A DNA stretch of 64,000 bases from a virus (Duplodnaviria; Heunggongvirae; Uroviricota; Caudoviricetes), in the IMG/VR virus record IMGVR_UViG_3300049003_000001, positions 13,660 through 77,659 of that record. One strand, 5' to 3'. Below the pieces are notes generated by a model. It did not search any database and was not told the DNA's origin. It saw only the letters and a program-made list of their open reading frames with translations. Made by a program: the position numbers and the translations under genes. The stretch's first letter is position 1; each line of letters begins with the position of its first letter. Positions 19,330 to 29,458 of the stretch are shown piece after piece.

Positions 19330-20518
19330 GAACGCTGAGGTATATCAGATTCTCTCGGAAGACCCGGAGATTTTCGGGGCACATGCAGATGTGTTCGGGA
19401 TTATCAAGGAATACTACCAGCAGTACCGGCAGGCTCCGACGTTCGATCAGATCAGGAAGAAGATTCCCGATTTGGAGGACGTTCACACGGACGCTCCGAC
19501 CGGGTATTACTTGGAGCAGTTGAAGGATTCATACCTTCGCTCCGAGATTGAGCGGATTATCCTCCGCACCTCCAAGGGTTTGAAGGCGGCAACCCCCAAC
19601 GAGGTTTTGGAGAAGATCAGCAAGGAATGGGCCAAGCTACAGCGAGTTGGCACGAACACGGTGGACGTGAATATCATGGACACCGACCTTGCCCGTGAGC
19701 ACTACCTAGAGGTCGCGTCGCGGGTTGACGAAAATGGTACGCTTGGTATTCCGACCGGGTTCACCGGAATGGATTCCTCGTACACCACCGGATTCGCGCC
19801 GGGACACCTGTGCTACGCTATGGGATTCTCTGGCAAGGGTAAGTCATGGTTCTCCCCGCTTATGGCGCTTAGGGCCTGGCAGCACGGCGTTAAGCCAATG
19901 ATTATCTCGCTAGAGATGACCCCTGAGGCGATGCGTGACCGTATCTACACGATGATGGCTAACGGTGTTCTAAAGAACGATGAATTGACCCGTGGTCAGA
20001 TCGACTTTGATACATACGACACCTGGGCAGCCAGCGTTAAGAAGCTGAATTTGCCTGAGTTCACCGTCGTATCGGGCACCACCGGCCAGGACGTGACGCC
20101 CAACTTCGTCCAGAGCAAGATCGAGCAGCACCGGCCGGGGTTTATTGTTATTGACTACCAGCAGCTACTCATGGATAATGAGAAGAGTCAGAACATGACG
20201 CAGCGCATGACCGCGCTGTCTCGTGAGATGAAGATTCTGGCCGTCAGCAACAACATTCCGATTCTAGTTATTTCGTCCGTCACCGACTCCGACCAGGGCC
20301 GTGACGTGGCTCCGACGATTGACCAGCTTGCCTGGGCTCGCGCGATGGAGTACAACGCCGACATGATCTTCGCGGTCCACCGTAAGGAAGAGACCGAGAA
20401 CATTCTGGAAATCATCGGACGTAAGAACCGATTCGGACCGTTGTGGGCGATGTACTTGGACATTGATTTCAACACGGGTAAGTTCGAAGAGAACTTCGAT
20501 TTGGCAGGTGCAATGTGA
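19289..20518 (+). CDS. DnaB-like replicative DNA helicase
   Basis: Walker A GFSGKGKS and the DnaB C-terminal RecA-fold motifs. 409 aa. It lies upstream of the primase. Confidence 0.75.
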   Translation: MATAELEVLAAACKNAEVYQILSEDPEIFGAHADVFGIIKEYYQQYRQAPTFDQIRKKIPDLEDVHTDAPTGYYLEQLKDSYLRSEIERIILRTSKGLKAATPNEVLEKISKEWAKLQRVGTNTVDVNIMDTDLAREHYLEVASRVDENGTLGIPTGFTGMDSSYTTGFAPGHLCYAMGFSGKGKSWFSPLMALRAWQHGVKPMIISLEMTPEAMRDRIYTMMANGVLKNDELTRGQIDFDTYDTWAASVKKLNLPEFTVVSGTTGQDVTPNFVQSKIEQHRPGFIVIDYQQLLMDNEKSQNMTQRMTALSREMKILAVSNNIPILVISSVTDSDQGRDVAPTIDQLAWARAMEYNADMIFAVHRKEETENILEIIGRKNRFGPLWAMYLDIDFNTGKFEENFDLAGAM

Positions 20519-20741
20519 CAGCACAGATGATCCGCCGGTTCTCTTTCGAGGGAGAGTACGCGGAGACAAAGCTAATCCAGACTCGCATGGAACTGAACAC
20601 GGCGATGATCGTGGAAATGCGGGATGAAGGATTCGTCCCTCTGCTGGACGTAAATCCAGTATGGGCAACGACGTACCTGGGCGGTGAACGGTTTGCATTC
20701 AAGTTCACCATGCAGGGCGTATATGTAGGAGAGGAAGTGGC

Positions 20742-21824
20742 TTGGCGTACAACAGGCGTGATGGACGGAAAACTGATTCCAAACCATCGTGGGAAGTAGA
20801 ATCCGTTTATTCGGAGGAACAAATTGAAGCCGTAATCGAAGAGTGCGGCGAGCGGGTAAACGACTACGAAGAGAGTCACTTTCGCCTGTACTGTCCTTTC
20901 CACGGTAATACCAATAGCCCGACCCTCGTCATCGACAGGGAATCGGGACTGTTCCATTGCTTCAACCCGGCCTGTGGCACCTCCGGGACGCTCATCGAAT
21001 TCGTGATGCGTTTGACCAAGGGAACCCCGTTCGCGGCAGCTAGGCTTATCGCCAAGCACAAGACCGCGACGGGGCTCACCCTGGACGAACGGCTAGCCCG
21101 TGAATTGGCCGTGGAGGAAGAATGGGTGCCTTTCCCGGTAGAGACCCTAGCCCGGTGCTACGATGAATTCTGGCAGACGCCTGCGGCGATTGAGTACATG
21201 CACGGTCGCCACTTTGAGGATGAGACGCTAGAGTATTTCCGTATCGGGTATTCCGCACGCCGTGATACCATCATGGTTCCGATGCACTCGCCGGACGGGT
21301 TGCCAGTTGGCGTCATCGGGCGTAGTATCAAGGGCAAGGATTTCAAGAACAGCAAGGAACTTCCGAAGAAGAAGGTTCCGTGGAATTACCACCGCGCTAA
21401 GCGCGAGGGCGACACAGTGATTATCTGTGAGGCGTCGTTCGATGCGATGCGAATTCACCAGGCGGGTTACCGCAACGTGGTCGCTCTATTGGGTGGTTCA
21501 TTGTCTCCGCAGTGTCAGCGCTTGCTGGCTCGGACATTCAACAATATCGTCATCATGACGGACAACGATGACCCTACGAAGCACGTTTACCCAGGTTGCC
21601 TCATTTGTAAGAAGGCCGGGTCGCTGTGCAAGGGTCACAATCCCGGTGAAGACCTGGGGCTTTCAATTGCCAATAAGATGCGCGACAAGCGTGTCCTGTG
21701 GGCACACTGTGGCGAGGCTACGAGATTCCCTAAGGGCATCAAGGACGCCGGGGATATGACGGACCAAATGATCCGGCATTGTATCTCAAACGCCATCAGT
21801 TCGCTAGAATACATGCTCGATTAA
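20742..21824 (+). CDS. DNA primase (CHC2 zinc finger + TOPRIM)
   Basis: CPFHGNTNSPTL...HCFNPACG zinc finger. TOPRIM-like VIICEASFDAMRI...IVIMTDNDDPT. The exact start is uncertain. Confidence 0.75.
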   Translation: MAYNRRDGRKTDSKPSWEVESVYSEEQIEAVIEECGERVNDYEESHFRLYCPFHGNTNSPTLVIDRESGLFHCFNPACGTSGTLIEFVMRLTKGTPFAAARLIAKHKTATGLTLDERLARELAVEEEWVPFPVETLARCYDEFWQTPAAIEYMHGRHFEDETLEYFRIGYSARRDTIMVPMHSPDGLPVGVIGRSIKGKDFKNSKELPKKKVPWNYHRAKREGDTVIICEASFDAMRIHQAGYRNVVALLGGSLSPQCQRLLARTFNNIVIMTDNDDPTKHVYPGCLICKKAGSLCKGHNPGEDLGLSIANKMRDKRVLWAHCGEATRFPKGIKDAGDMTDQMIRHCISNAISSLEYMLD

Positions 21825-21834
21825 ACAAGCTTTA

Positions 21835-21843
21835 TGGTATAAT
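21835..21843 (+). promoter_or_regulatory. extended -10 promoter element TGgTATAAT
   Basis: TGG at 21835-21837 and TATAAT at 21838-21843. A GAGGTCaaaGACCTC hairpin (21850-21864) follows. It sits upstream of the gene starting at 21896. Confidence 0.45.
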
Positions 21844-21895
21844 AAGTAGAGGTCAAAGACCTCAAACTATACTAAAATTAGGAGAAATAAACAAA

Positions 21896-22621
21896 ATGTC
21901 AGTTATTCAGGGACTCGCAGGTCTTCGCGCCAAGCAGGTTGAGCAGCAGGAAAAGGAAGCGGCTCGTAACCGCCCGAAGGCAGAGTATTTCACGTGGAAG
22001 GAAAACGCAAAGGCCACGAACCCGGACGCCGTTCTGGTTCAGTTTTTGCAGGAGCTTGACCCGTCCGCATCGGGTTACGATGAGGCGAAGGGTTTGGCTG
22101 TCGCCGCCGTAGAGCACGAGGCTCCGGGGCCGAAGGGCTACCTCGCTCGCGCACTTTGCACCATTGACTCTGAGGGTCAGTGCTACGCATGTGAGCGTCG
22201 TAAGGCCGATTATCAGGAGGGTTGGAAGACCAAGACCAACCTTTACATCAATGCGCTAGTCACGCTGCCGGGCCAGAAGGAGCCGGTCACGCGCGTTATT
22301 TCCCGTAACTTCAACCAGAGCTTCGCACAGCAGCTTATGGACGTTGCGGTTGAGGATGGGTCGATCACCGACACCGTTTTCAAGATTACGCGTCACGGTT
22401 CTGGTACGCAGACCGTATGGGTTCTTAGCGCGACTAAGACTCCGGTGGTTGACACCGCCGACGCTGAGGTCTTTGACCTAAAGGAGACCGTCCTGCGCGA
22501 CGTTTCCTACGAGAAGCAGCCGGAATACTTCGGCCGCGTGTGGGATGGCCCGGAGGGTGTCGCTGAGGATTCAGGTGCCGCCGCTGGTGGTTCCACCGCC
22601 TCTGCTGACGACGAGTGGTGA
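21896..22621 (+). CDS. hypothetical zinc-binding protein with acidic C-terminus (possible ssDNA-binding protein)
   Basis: AGGAGAAATAAACAAAATG RBS. CTIDSEGQCYAC cysteine cluster. The tail ends ...SADDEW. Placed between primase and polymerase. Confidence 0.3.
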   Translation: MSVIQGLAGLRAKQVEQQEKEAARNRPKAEYFTWKENAKATNPDAVLVQFLQELDPSASGYDEAKGLAVAAVEHEAPGPKGYLARALCTIDSEGQCYACERRKADYQEGWKTKTNLYINALVTLPGQKEPVTRVISRNFNQSFAQQLMDVAVEDGSITDTVFKITRHGSGTQTVWVLSATKTPVVDTADAEVFDLKETVLRDVSYEKQPEYFGRVWDGPEGVAEDSGAAAGGSTASADDEW

Positions 22622-22630
22622 TTTGAGATT

Positions 22631-22662
22631 GGGCCGGGGCGAAATGCCCCGGCCCTTTCGTC
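22631..22662 (+). terminator. rho-independent terminator
   Basis: GGGCCGGGGC-gaaat-GCCCCGGCCC followed by TTTCGTCGTT. Confidence 0.75.
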
Positions 22663-22665
22663 GTT

Positions 22666-22977
22666 ATGGACAGAACCTTCTACACGTGGTATCTTAAAAG
22701 TCCGAAGTGGGCGGCGAAGCGTGAAGTCTACTTCAACCTTTATGGAAAATATTGCCGGGCCTGTAGGACCACCTATGGGCCTATTCAGCTTCACCACCTG
22801 ACGTACGAGCGCTTGGGCCGGGAGTCCATGCGTGACCTCGTTGCGCTTTGTAGCAAATGCCACCGCGAGGTTGAGCAGCTATACCGCAGAAGCGGGCGGG
22901 GTGACCGGATGGCTATTACGCTAGCCTTCATCAAATCTAAGAGGAAACCCAATGGAAGAAATGGCAGAAGAGCGTAG
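22666..22977 (+). CDS. small HNH-family endonuclease
   Basis: CRAC...LHHLTYE...CSKCH motif. The TAG stop is followed 2 codons later by an in-frame TGA. Confidence 0.5.
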   Translation: MDRTFYTWYLKSPKWAAKREVYFNLYGKYCRACRTTYGPIQLHHLTYERLGRESMRDLVALCSKCHREVEQLYRRSGRGDRMAITLAFIKSKRKPNGRNGRRA

Positions 22978-23212
22978 CAATGAACTAGGGCTGTCTAACG
23001 ACGACCTAGAGAATATCAAGATGGTCATGACCGACCTAATCAACGTCGTAGCCACGTTCAACGGCTTCGATGAGCCGGGTGAGGACGACTGGTCCGAGCT
23101 AAAGGCCACCCTAGATTTCGCAAATTTCGTGGTCTCGGGAATTATCTACTCCAACGGGCTTGACTTGTGCGCCGGGCACGGGGATGATGATGAGGAAGAC
23201 GACGACGAGTGA
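22952..23212 (+). CDS. hypothetical highly acidic protein
   Basis: Poly-Asp/Glu C-terminus. 86 aa. Confidence 0.3.
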   Translation: MEEMAEERSNELGLSNDDLENIKMVMTDLINVVATFNGFDEPGEDDWSELKATLDFANFVVSGIIYSNGLDLCAGHGDDDEEDDDE

Positions 23213-23354
23213 ATATGTTAATCTGGCTCGTCGGCATGACCACAATCATCCTCCTGGCGGGTGTGGTGTGGGCTGTCGTCATGAGTCTGATTATCGATTT
23301 TTGTAATAAGTATTTCAAGTAACGGGTTCGCCCCCTTAGGCCAAGAGAGAGATA

Positions 23355-26300
23355 ATGAATTACACTGAGTTGCACCTGCACGACCACTACTCCGCGCTGG
23401 ATGGTTTGAATACCCCGGACGAGTACATGAAGCGCGCCAAGGAAATCGGGATGACCCACCTGGCGCAGACGAATCACGGAACCGGCGCTGGCTGGCGAGA
23501 CCACCAGACAGCCGCGAAGAATAACGGTATTGTCCCGATCCTTGGATTGGAGGCATACATCTCCGAGACCGACCGATTCGACAAGCGTGCGAAGGCTAGC
23601 CGTAAGGACGGCACTCAGGTCTATAACCACATTATCCTCCTGGCGCAGAACGAGGCCGGTCTAGGCAATCTCATGAAGCTCAACGAGATTGCTTGGGCCG
23701 AGGGTTTCTACCACAAGCCCCGTATCGATTTTGAGGTTTTGGGCGAGTACGCGGACGACCTGATTATTCTGTCGGGTTGCCTCAACTCCATTATCTGCAA
23801 GTCGCTAGAGGCCGGGGACGACCAGAAGGCTTTCGCCACGGCGAAGCGTCTCAACGACATTGCGCCGGGTCGTTTCTACATTGAGCTACAGGGGCACAAC
23901 CCGGCTCTCATCAATCACGGTCTCCTGTGGATTGCCGATTCTCTCGGTATCCCGGTGGTTGCCACGTCGGACTGCCACTACGCTAAGAAGGAAGACCTGT
24001 GGATTGAGGAAGCTATGCTTATCCTCTCCACGAACCCGAAGCCGAATAAGGACTTCGATTACTCAAAGTCTCAGAAGATGGATATGTTGGAGCGATTCAA
24101 CTACCTCTACCCTGACCGCACCATGAGTTTCGAGAAGTTTGAGCTTTTCCTGCACCGCAAGGAAGAGCACATGTCGGTTTTTCAGCGTCAGATGATCGAC
24201 CGCACCGACCTGTACCGGAACACGATGGAGATTGCAAACTCCATTGGGGAATATCCGTTCCACCAGGGCGTTGACCTCCTGCCGAAGCCGAAGAACGCCG
24301 ACCCCGACGTTATGCTGGAAGAGCAGGCGTGGGCCGGGTTGAAGAAGCGCGGTCTGTTCGGTAATCCGGAATACAAGGCTCGTCTCCGTGAAGAGCTTGA
24401 AATCATCAAGAGCAAGAATTTCTCGACGTACTTCATCATTGTGGCCGACGTAATTCAGTGGGCTAAGGATCAGGGAATTATGATGGGGCCGGGCCGTGGT
24501 TCGGCCGCTGGCTCTCTCCTGTGCTACGCTCTCAATATTACCGACGTTGATCCGATCAAGTACGGCCTCCTGTTCTTCCGATTCATTGACCCTGAGCGTG
24601 ACGACTACCCGGACGTTGACTTCGACTCCGCTGACAAGCGTCGCGGGGAAATCAAGGAATACCTCCGTCGTAAGTACGGCCACGTCGCCTCTATCGCTAC
24701 GTTCACGTTCTTTAGGGATAAGGGTGTCATCAAGGACGCTGCCCGCGTCTTCCGAGTTCCCTTCTCTGAGGTCAACCGTGCGCTAAAGGCGGTTGAGGCA
24801 CCCCCGGCGCTCGACTACTTCGATGTGTTCGTGGCCTCGCCCCAGGGCAAGGAATTCAACGACAAGTACCCTGAGGTCATTAAGCTGGCCTCAGAGCTTC
24901 GTGGGCGTATTCGTGGCGGCGGTATGCACGCTGCCGGTGTGGTGCTGGGAAACAAGCCGCTGTCCGACTACATGCCGATTGAGACGGCGACCAATACCGC
25001 TGACAAGAACGCACCTCGCATTCCGCTCATCGCGGCGGACATGAATCAGGTTGCCGAAATCGGCGGGATCAAGCTGGACGCGCTTGGCCTAAAGACGCTT
25101 TCCGTCATGGAGGACGCTCTGGTCATGATCGAGGACCGATATGGTAAGCGTATTGATCTGCTGAGCCTGCCGTTGGACGACGCCGGGGTGTTTCAGATGT
25201 TGTCCGATGGTCACACTAAGGGTGTATTCCAGTGTGAAGCCACGCCGTATACCAATCTACTAATTAAGATGCAGGTTAGTAGTTTCGATGACCTGTCGGT
25301 GTCCAACGCACTGATTCGTCCGGGTGCGATGAACGTGTTCGGAGACTCTTACCTGGCCCGTAAGGCTGGCAAGGAATTCTCTGAGCCGATCCACCCGGAC
25401 CTTGACAAGTATTTGGAGGATACGTACTTCCTCCCGATTTATCAGGAACAGTCGATGCGTCTGGTTTCTGACCTGGCGGGTCTCGGTATGTCGATGGCGA
25501 ATAAGGTCCGTAAGATTACGGCTAAGAAGCAGGACGTTACTCTGCTGGCCGAATACAAGGATTTGTTCATCGATGGCGCTGAGCCGAAGATCGGCCGGGG
25601 CAAGGCTGAGTGGCTGTGGGATTCTATTGAGGAAACCGCGTCCTACGCGTTCAACAAGTCTCACTCCGTGGCCTACTCCATGTTGTCCTATTGGACGGCT
25701 TGGTTGAAGTACCACTACCCGCGTGAGTTCATGGTCGCTATTCTCAACAACGAGGGCGACAAGGATGCGATGACCGATTACCTCATTGAGTGCAAGCGTC
25801 TCGGTATTCGCGTGATGCTGCCGCACGTCAACCGCTCAGGCGTTCATTTCCAGATTGAGGGTGGCGACGCTATCCGCATGGGGCTCTCCAACGTGAAGTT
25901 CCTTTCGGATATTACTGCTGCCCGAGTCCTTGAACGAGCGCCGTACAAGAGCTATACTGAGTTCTACGAGTACGTGATGGAGAAGGGCAACGGCCTGACC
26001 TCGCGCGTGCTACAGGGACTTAACGCAATCGGCGGGGCGTCCTTTGACGATAACCCGAAGACGGGTAACGAGCGAGACAATTTCTACGAGTTCCTGAGGA
26101 TTCCGGCATTCAACACGGGTGCCATCCCACCTCGTATTCGCGCTCAGTTCACCGAGCTTACGGATTATGTCGAAACTGGTTGCTTCATCGTCAGTGGCAT
26201 GGTCAAGAATATCAAGCGCGGCACCGGCTGGGCGCGGGCTGAGATTGTGGATGAGACTGGCACGGCAGGTATCTTCACCGATGAGAATACCCTGATTGAG

Positions 26301-26657
26301 CCCGGCAACCTCTACGTCTTCCTCGTGTCCGATAACCGGATTGCCCGATTCGCGTTGATTCAGGACGTGGTTGAGTTCGCCGGTAAGAACAGCTTCATTG
26401 ATTACCTCTACGCCAAGGATTTCGCGGACGTTCCGCCTCCGATGGTCAAGGTGATTAGCTGGAAGACGGTCGTGACCAAGGCCGGAAAGAAGATGGCTCG
26501 TGCGGTGGTTGCCGACGAGAATAAGACATTGAAGTCTGTCCTGATCTTCCCGCAGGATTTTGTAAAGGCATATAACAAGTTGAAGGAAGGTGCCGTGGTC
26601 GATATCGAGTACGGACGCCTAAAGGATGGGACGGAGATTTTCAGAAATGCAAGCTGA
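23355..26657 (+). CDS. dnaE: DNA polymerase III alpha subunit (DnaE-like, PHP + polymerase domains)
   Basis: N-terminal PHP motif LHLHDHYSALDG...HG. Core motifs GPGRGSAAGSL, FIDPER and PDVDFD. 1100 aa. Confidence 0.9.
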   Translation: MNYTELHLHDHYSALDGLNTPDEYMKRAKEIGMTHLAQTNHGTGAGWRDHQTAAKNNGIVPILGLEAYISETDRFDKRAKASRKDGTQVYNHIILLAQNEAGLGNLMKLNEIAWAEGFYHKPRIDFEVLGEYADDLIILSGCLNSIICKSLEAGDDQKAFATAKRLNDIAPGRFYIELQGHNPALINHGLLWIADSLGIPVVATSDCHYAKKEDLWIEEAMLILSTNPKPNKDFDYSKSQKMDMLERFNYLYPDRTMSFEKFELFLHRKEEHMSVFQRQMIDRTDLYRNTMEIANSIGEYPFHQGVDLLPKPKNADPDVMLEEQAWAGLKKRGLFGNPEYKARLREELEIIKSKNFSTYFIIVADVIQWAKDQGIMMGPGRGSAAGSLLCYALNITDVDPIKYGLLFFRFIDPERDDYPDVDFDSADKRRGEIKEYLRRKYGHVASIATFTFFRDKGVIKDAARVFRVPFSEVNRALKAVEAPPALDYFDVFVASPQGKEFNDKYPEVIKLASELRGRIRGGGMHAAGVVLGNKPLSDYMPIETATNTADKNAPRIPLIAADMNQVAEIGGIKLDALGLKTLSVMEDALVMIEDRYGKRIDLLSLPLDDAGVFQMLSDGHTKGVFQCEATPYTNLLIKMQVSSFDDLSVSNALIRPGAMNVFGDSYLARKAGKEFSEPIHPDLDKYLEDTYFLPIYQEQSMRLVSDLAGLGMSMANKVRKITAKKQDVTLLAEYKDLFIDGAEPKIGRGKAEWLWDSIEETASYAFNKSHSVAYSMLSYWTAWLKYHYPREFMVAILNNEGDKDAMTDYLIECKRLGIRVMLPHVNRSGVHFQIEGGDAIRMGLSNVKFLSDITAARVLERAPYKSYTEFYEYVMEKGNGLTSRVLQGLNAIGGASFDDNPKTGNERDNFYEFLRIPAFNTGAIPPRIRAQFTELTDYVETGCFIVSGMVKNIKRGTGWARAEIVDETGTAGIFTDENTLIEPGNLYVFLVSDNRIARFALIQDVVEFAGKNSFIDYLYAKDFADVPPPMVKVISWKTVVTKAGKKMARAVVADENKTLKSVLIFPQDFVKAYNKLKEGAVVDIEYGRLKDGTEIFRNAS

Positions 26658-26901
26658 ACTAGAGATGGCCGCTCTGCGAGAGCAGTTCGACCAGGCGGTA
26701 TACACCTTGAAGTGGTACCACGCAATTATTTCGATTCTCGTTGAGGAAGAGGGCGGCGTCGTCGCTCTCGACACCGAGACGGTGGAGAAGTACGACCTCA
26801 ACGGTCAGATTCAGATTACGCGGGACGAGGCGCGTGACCAGTACCTTGTCACGGCCAGCCCGGCAATCATCGAGGGGGATTTCGATGAGTCTGTCGTTTG
26901 A
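26626..26901 (+). CDS. hypothetical protein
   Basis: 91-aa ORF that overlaps the end of the polymerase gene. Confidence 0.25.
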   Translation: MGRRFSEMQAELEMAALREQFDQAVYTLKWYHAIISILVEEEGGVVALDTETVEKYDLNGQIQITRDEARDQYLVTASPAIIEGDFDESVV

Positions 26902-27232
26902 CAATTATCAGGACCAGGCCGCGACTACGGCGATTTACCCGCAGGCTCGCACGGGCAGTTTCAACGCCGTGAGCTATGCCCTCCTAGGTCTCGGCAACGA
27001 GGCCGGTGAGGTGCAGGGCAAGCTAAAGAAGGTCTGGCGGGACAACGAGGGCGTTATCGACCACGAGCGCGCTGAGGGAATTGCTGACGAGCTTGGCGAC
27101 GTGCTCTGGTACCTCGCCGCTGCCGCCACGGAGCTTGGCTACAGCCTGAGTGAGCTTGGCGAGCGCAATCTTGCAAAGCTCTTCTCTCGCAAGGAGCGCG
27201 GGGTCATTGGCGGGTCCGGCGACAACCGATGA
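26885..27232 (+). CDS. MazG-like nucleoside triphosphate pyrophosphohydrolase
   Basis: EAGEVQGKLKK...ADELGDVLWYL is the MazG EExx(E/D) all-alpha NTP-PPase signature. Confidence 0.65.
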   Translation: MSLSFDNYQDQAATTAIYPQARTGSFNAVSYALLGLGNEAGEVQGKLKKVWRDNEGVIDHERAEGIADELGDVLWYLAAAATELGYSLSELGERNLAKLFSRKERGVIGGSGDNR

Positions 27233-27465
27233 ACGCCGGTCTGTTCAAGGACGCCCAAGAGGTACGTATTTCGATCAAGGATGCGGACGGGAACCGATTC
27301 GAATACCGGATCGTTAAGGGAACTCGCCCCCTTAATCTGAACATCGGATACAATGTCGATTATGACGAAGCGTTCCCCGGATATCGGGGAGACTTCCACT
27401 ACGAGATTCCGGCCTACCTCACAGCCGCGCCTAAGCGCAAGCTAACCCTAGAGCTAGATCACTAA
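27229..27465 (+). CDS. hypothetical protein
   Basis: 78-aa ORF with an ATGA overlap. Confidence 0.3.
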   Translation: MNAGLFKDAQEVRISIKDADGNRFEYRIVKGTRPLNLNIGYNVDYDEAFPGYRGDFHYEIPAYLTAAPKRKLTLELDH

Positions 27466-27473
27466 GACCCGGT

Positions 27474-28088
27474 GTGCGAACCACGGGAGAGGCTGATAAG
27501 GTCTCTCCCGTGGCGACCAAGACTGAGTTCCGGTGTGATGAACGGTGTGGTGACAACGGTGGATACAACCGTCACCAGAGGGCAGGAGTGCCCGCGTGCG
27601 CTGACGCCAGGGCGGCGCACGCCCGGCAGATGGATGACTACCGCAGGCGTCGGTATCTCAACGCCGACCGGGGCATGAGTGTCGATATCACGGCCTCACG
27701 CCGCCGGTTGCAGGCGTTGGCTTATCTCGGGTATACGTCCCGCCAGATAGCGCAAATGTGCGGCAAGGACTACCTCAACATTGGTCATTTCTGCGACAGG
27801 CAGAAGACGGTTTGGAAAGACACCGCCGAGGCGCTTGAAAAGGCGTACGAGAAGTACAGCATGATTACCCCGGAACACAACCGGGCGACGACCTTCGCCA
27901 AGAACTACGCTCGCAGGCGCGGGTATGTGGGTCCGCTGGCGTGGGATGACGAAACGATTGACGACCCTCGCGCGCTGCCGCAGGGAGTCCGCCGGGACGA
28001 ATTCCAGAAGTGGCTGAACAACCAGGCCACGGACCTGCAAAAGCAGATATGGCAGGAACAGCAGCAGGCCGAGAAGCTGTCGGCATGA
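27474..28088 (+). CDS. hypothetical protein (Arg-rich, possible DNA-binding)
   Basis: 204-aa ORF followed by an overlapping pair of hairpins. Confidence 0.35.
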   Translation: MRTTGEADKVSPVATKTEFRCDERCGDNGGYNRHQRAGVPACADARAAHARQMDDYRRRRYLNADRGMSVDITASRRRLQALAYLGYTSRQIAQMCGKDYLNIGHFCDRQKTVWKDTAEALEKAYEKYSMITPEHNRATTFAKNYARRRGYVGPLAWDDETIDDPRALPQGVRRDEFQKWLNNQATDLQKQIWQEQQQAEKLSA

Positions 28089-28098
28089 TATAATTAGA

Positions 28099-28148
28099 AG
28101 CGCCGGACCCCCAGGGCGCTATACAAATGCTGGGGGTTAATTCATTTT
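28099..28148 (+). terminator. hairpin pair / putative terminator
   Basis: AGCGCC...GGCGCT overlapped by CCCCCAG-N15-CTGGGGG, followed by a TTAATTCATTTT stretch. Confidence 0.4.
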
Positions 28149-28166
28149 AAGGACAATTACTACTAC

Positions 28167-29186
28167 ATGACAATCAATAAGATCGATGAGCTACTTGCTC
28201 ACTTGCCGAAGGGCGTACGAAACGGAATTATCAAGGCCAGCGAGAGCGAGCGCGTGCTGTATCCGCTGGCGAGCCGGGGGCTCACGAGGGCTCTAGGCGG
28301 CGGTATTGGCAAGGGTCGCATGACCCTGCTGTACGGAAACACCTCATCCGGAAAGTCTCTGCTGATGTTGCAGAGTATCGGTGAGTGGCAGAAGAAGGGC
28401 ATGACCTGCGCCTACGTGGACGCAGAGGGCACGTTCAGCGAGGAATTCGCTCAGCGTCTAGGCGTGGACACCGAGAACCTTATTCTGATTCAGAAGAAGT
28501 CGTTCGGCGCGGTGACCGATGCGGTGGTGCCTTTGCTATCTGCCGGCCTTGACATTCTTGTTATTGACTCCATCTCGCTCATGCTTCCCGAGGTATTCGT
28601 GGATAGCGACGGCGGGGTTGCGGAATTCGATAAGATGAAGCAGATTGGAGCGCACGCGAAGAGTACGAGCATTATGATTAACGCTCTGCACTACTCCAAC
28701 GTGAAGACCTCCATCGTCGTCATTTCTCAGACGACTACCAAGATTGAGAACACATACACGAAACAGGTTCCGCACGGTGGCGTCAAGCTGCCATTCGCCT
28801 GTACTCAGATCATCAAGCTCACGTCGTCTGCGACGGACGCTAATCAGATCAAGGGCCAGACATTCATCGGGAACAAGATTGTCGAACTGCCAATTGGCCG
28901 TCCGGTCGATGCCGTGGTGGAGAAGAACAAGCTAGGCCCGCAGTCACGCACGGCGAGCTACAACCTGTATTACGACGGTCCGTCTCTCGGCGTGGACCGC
29001 TACGACGAGCTTGTGACGCTCGCTGTGGCGACCGGCGCTGTCGATAAGGCCGGGGCATGGTTCCGCTTCGACGGGCAGCAGTGGCAGGGCTCCAAGGCGC
29101 TCGTAAAGGCCGTCAAGGAAGACCAGGCCCTAGAGGATGCCATCGAGGCTGAGCTTGCTCTGGCGCTTAATGGCGGGGAGTTGTGA
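28167..29186 (+). CDS. recA: RecA-like recombinase
   Basis: Walker A YGNTSSGKS. RecA-fold length of 339 aa. An acidic/Ala-rich C-terminus. Confidence 0.8.
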   Translation: MTINKIDELLAHLPKGVRNGIIKASESERVLYPLASRGLTRALGGGIGKGRMTLLYGNTSSGKSLLMLQSIGEWQKKGMTCAYVDAEGTFSEEFAQRLGVDTENLILIQKKSFGAVTDAVVPLLSAGLDILVIDSISLMLPEVFVDSDGGVAEFDKMKQIGAHAKSTSIMINALHYSNVKTSIVVISQTTTKIENTYTKQVPHGGVKLPFACTQIIKLTSSATDANQIKGQTFIGNKIVELPIGRPVDAVVEKNKLGPQSRTASYNLYYDGPSLGVDRYDELVTLAVATGAVDKAGAWFRFDGQQWQGSKALVKAVKEDQALEDAIEAELALALNGGEL

Positions 29187-29389
29187 GCGGGAAGCTAGAG
29201 GAATTTCTGGCGAAGGCTGAGGCCCCCACACAGGCCAAGCCGGGGGGCGTCGAGTGGTTCGCCTCCGTGCAGTGTCAGACCTGCCAGGAAGACGTATTCG
29301 AACAGACGCTCTATCCGACTGACGCCATTCTCGTATGGGAATGTAGCGGCGGACACAAGAGCATGATTGAGAATTACCGCGCATTCTAA
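29183..29389 (+). CDS. small zinc-ribbon protein
   Basis: CQTCQ...CSGGH. 68 aa. Confidence 0.35.
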   Translation: MSGKLEEFLAKAEAPTQAKPGGVEWFASVQCQTCQEDVFEQTLYPTDAILVWECSGGHKSMIENYRAF

Positions 29390-29398
29390 GATGCGAAG
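29388..29398. repeat. direct repeat AAGATGCGAAG (left copy) flanking the reverse-gene cassette
   Basis: An identical 11-mer occurs at 30742-30752. The left copy overlaps the TAA stop of the upstream gene. Confidence 0.7.
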
Positions 29399-29400
29399 AA

Positions 29401-29449
29401 CCAAGATGGCAAGGTGAGTCGCACGCAGCTTCTCACCTTGCCATCTTGG
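29401..29449. terminator. perfect 18-bp inverted repeat hairpin (bidirectional terminator between convergent genes)
   Basis: CCAAGATGGCAAGGTGAG-(13 nt loop)-CTCACCTTGCCATCTTGG. It lies 9 nt past the stop of the minus-strand gene. Confidence 0.7.
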
Positions 29450-29458
29450 CATCTTGCC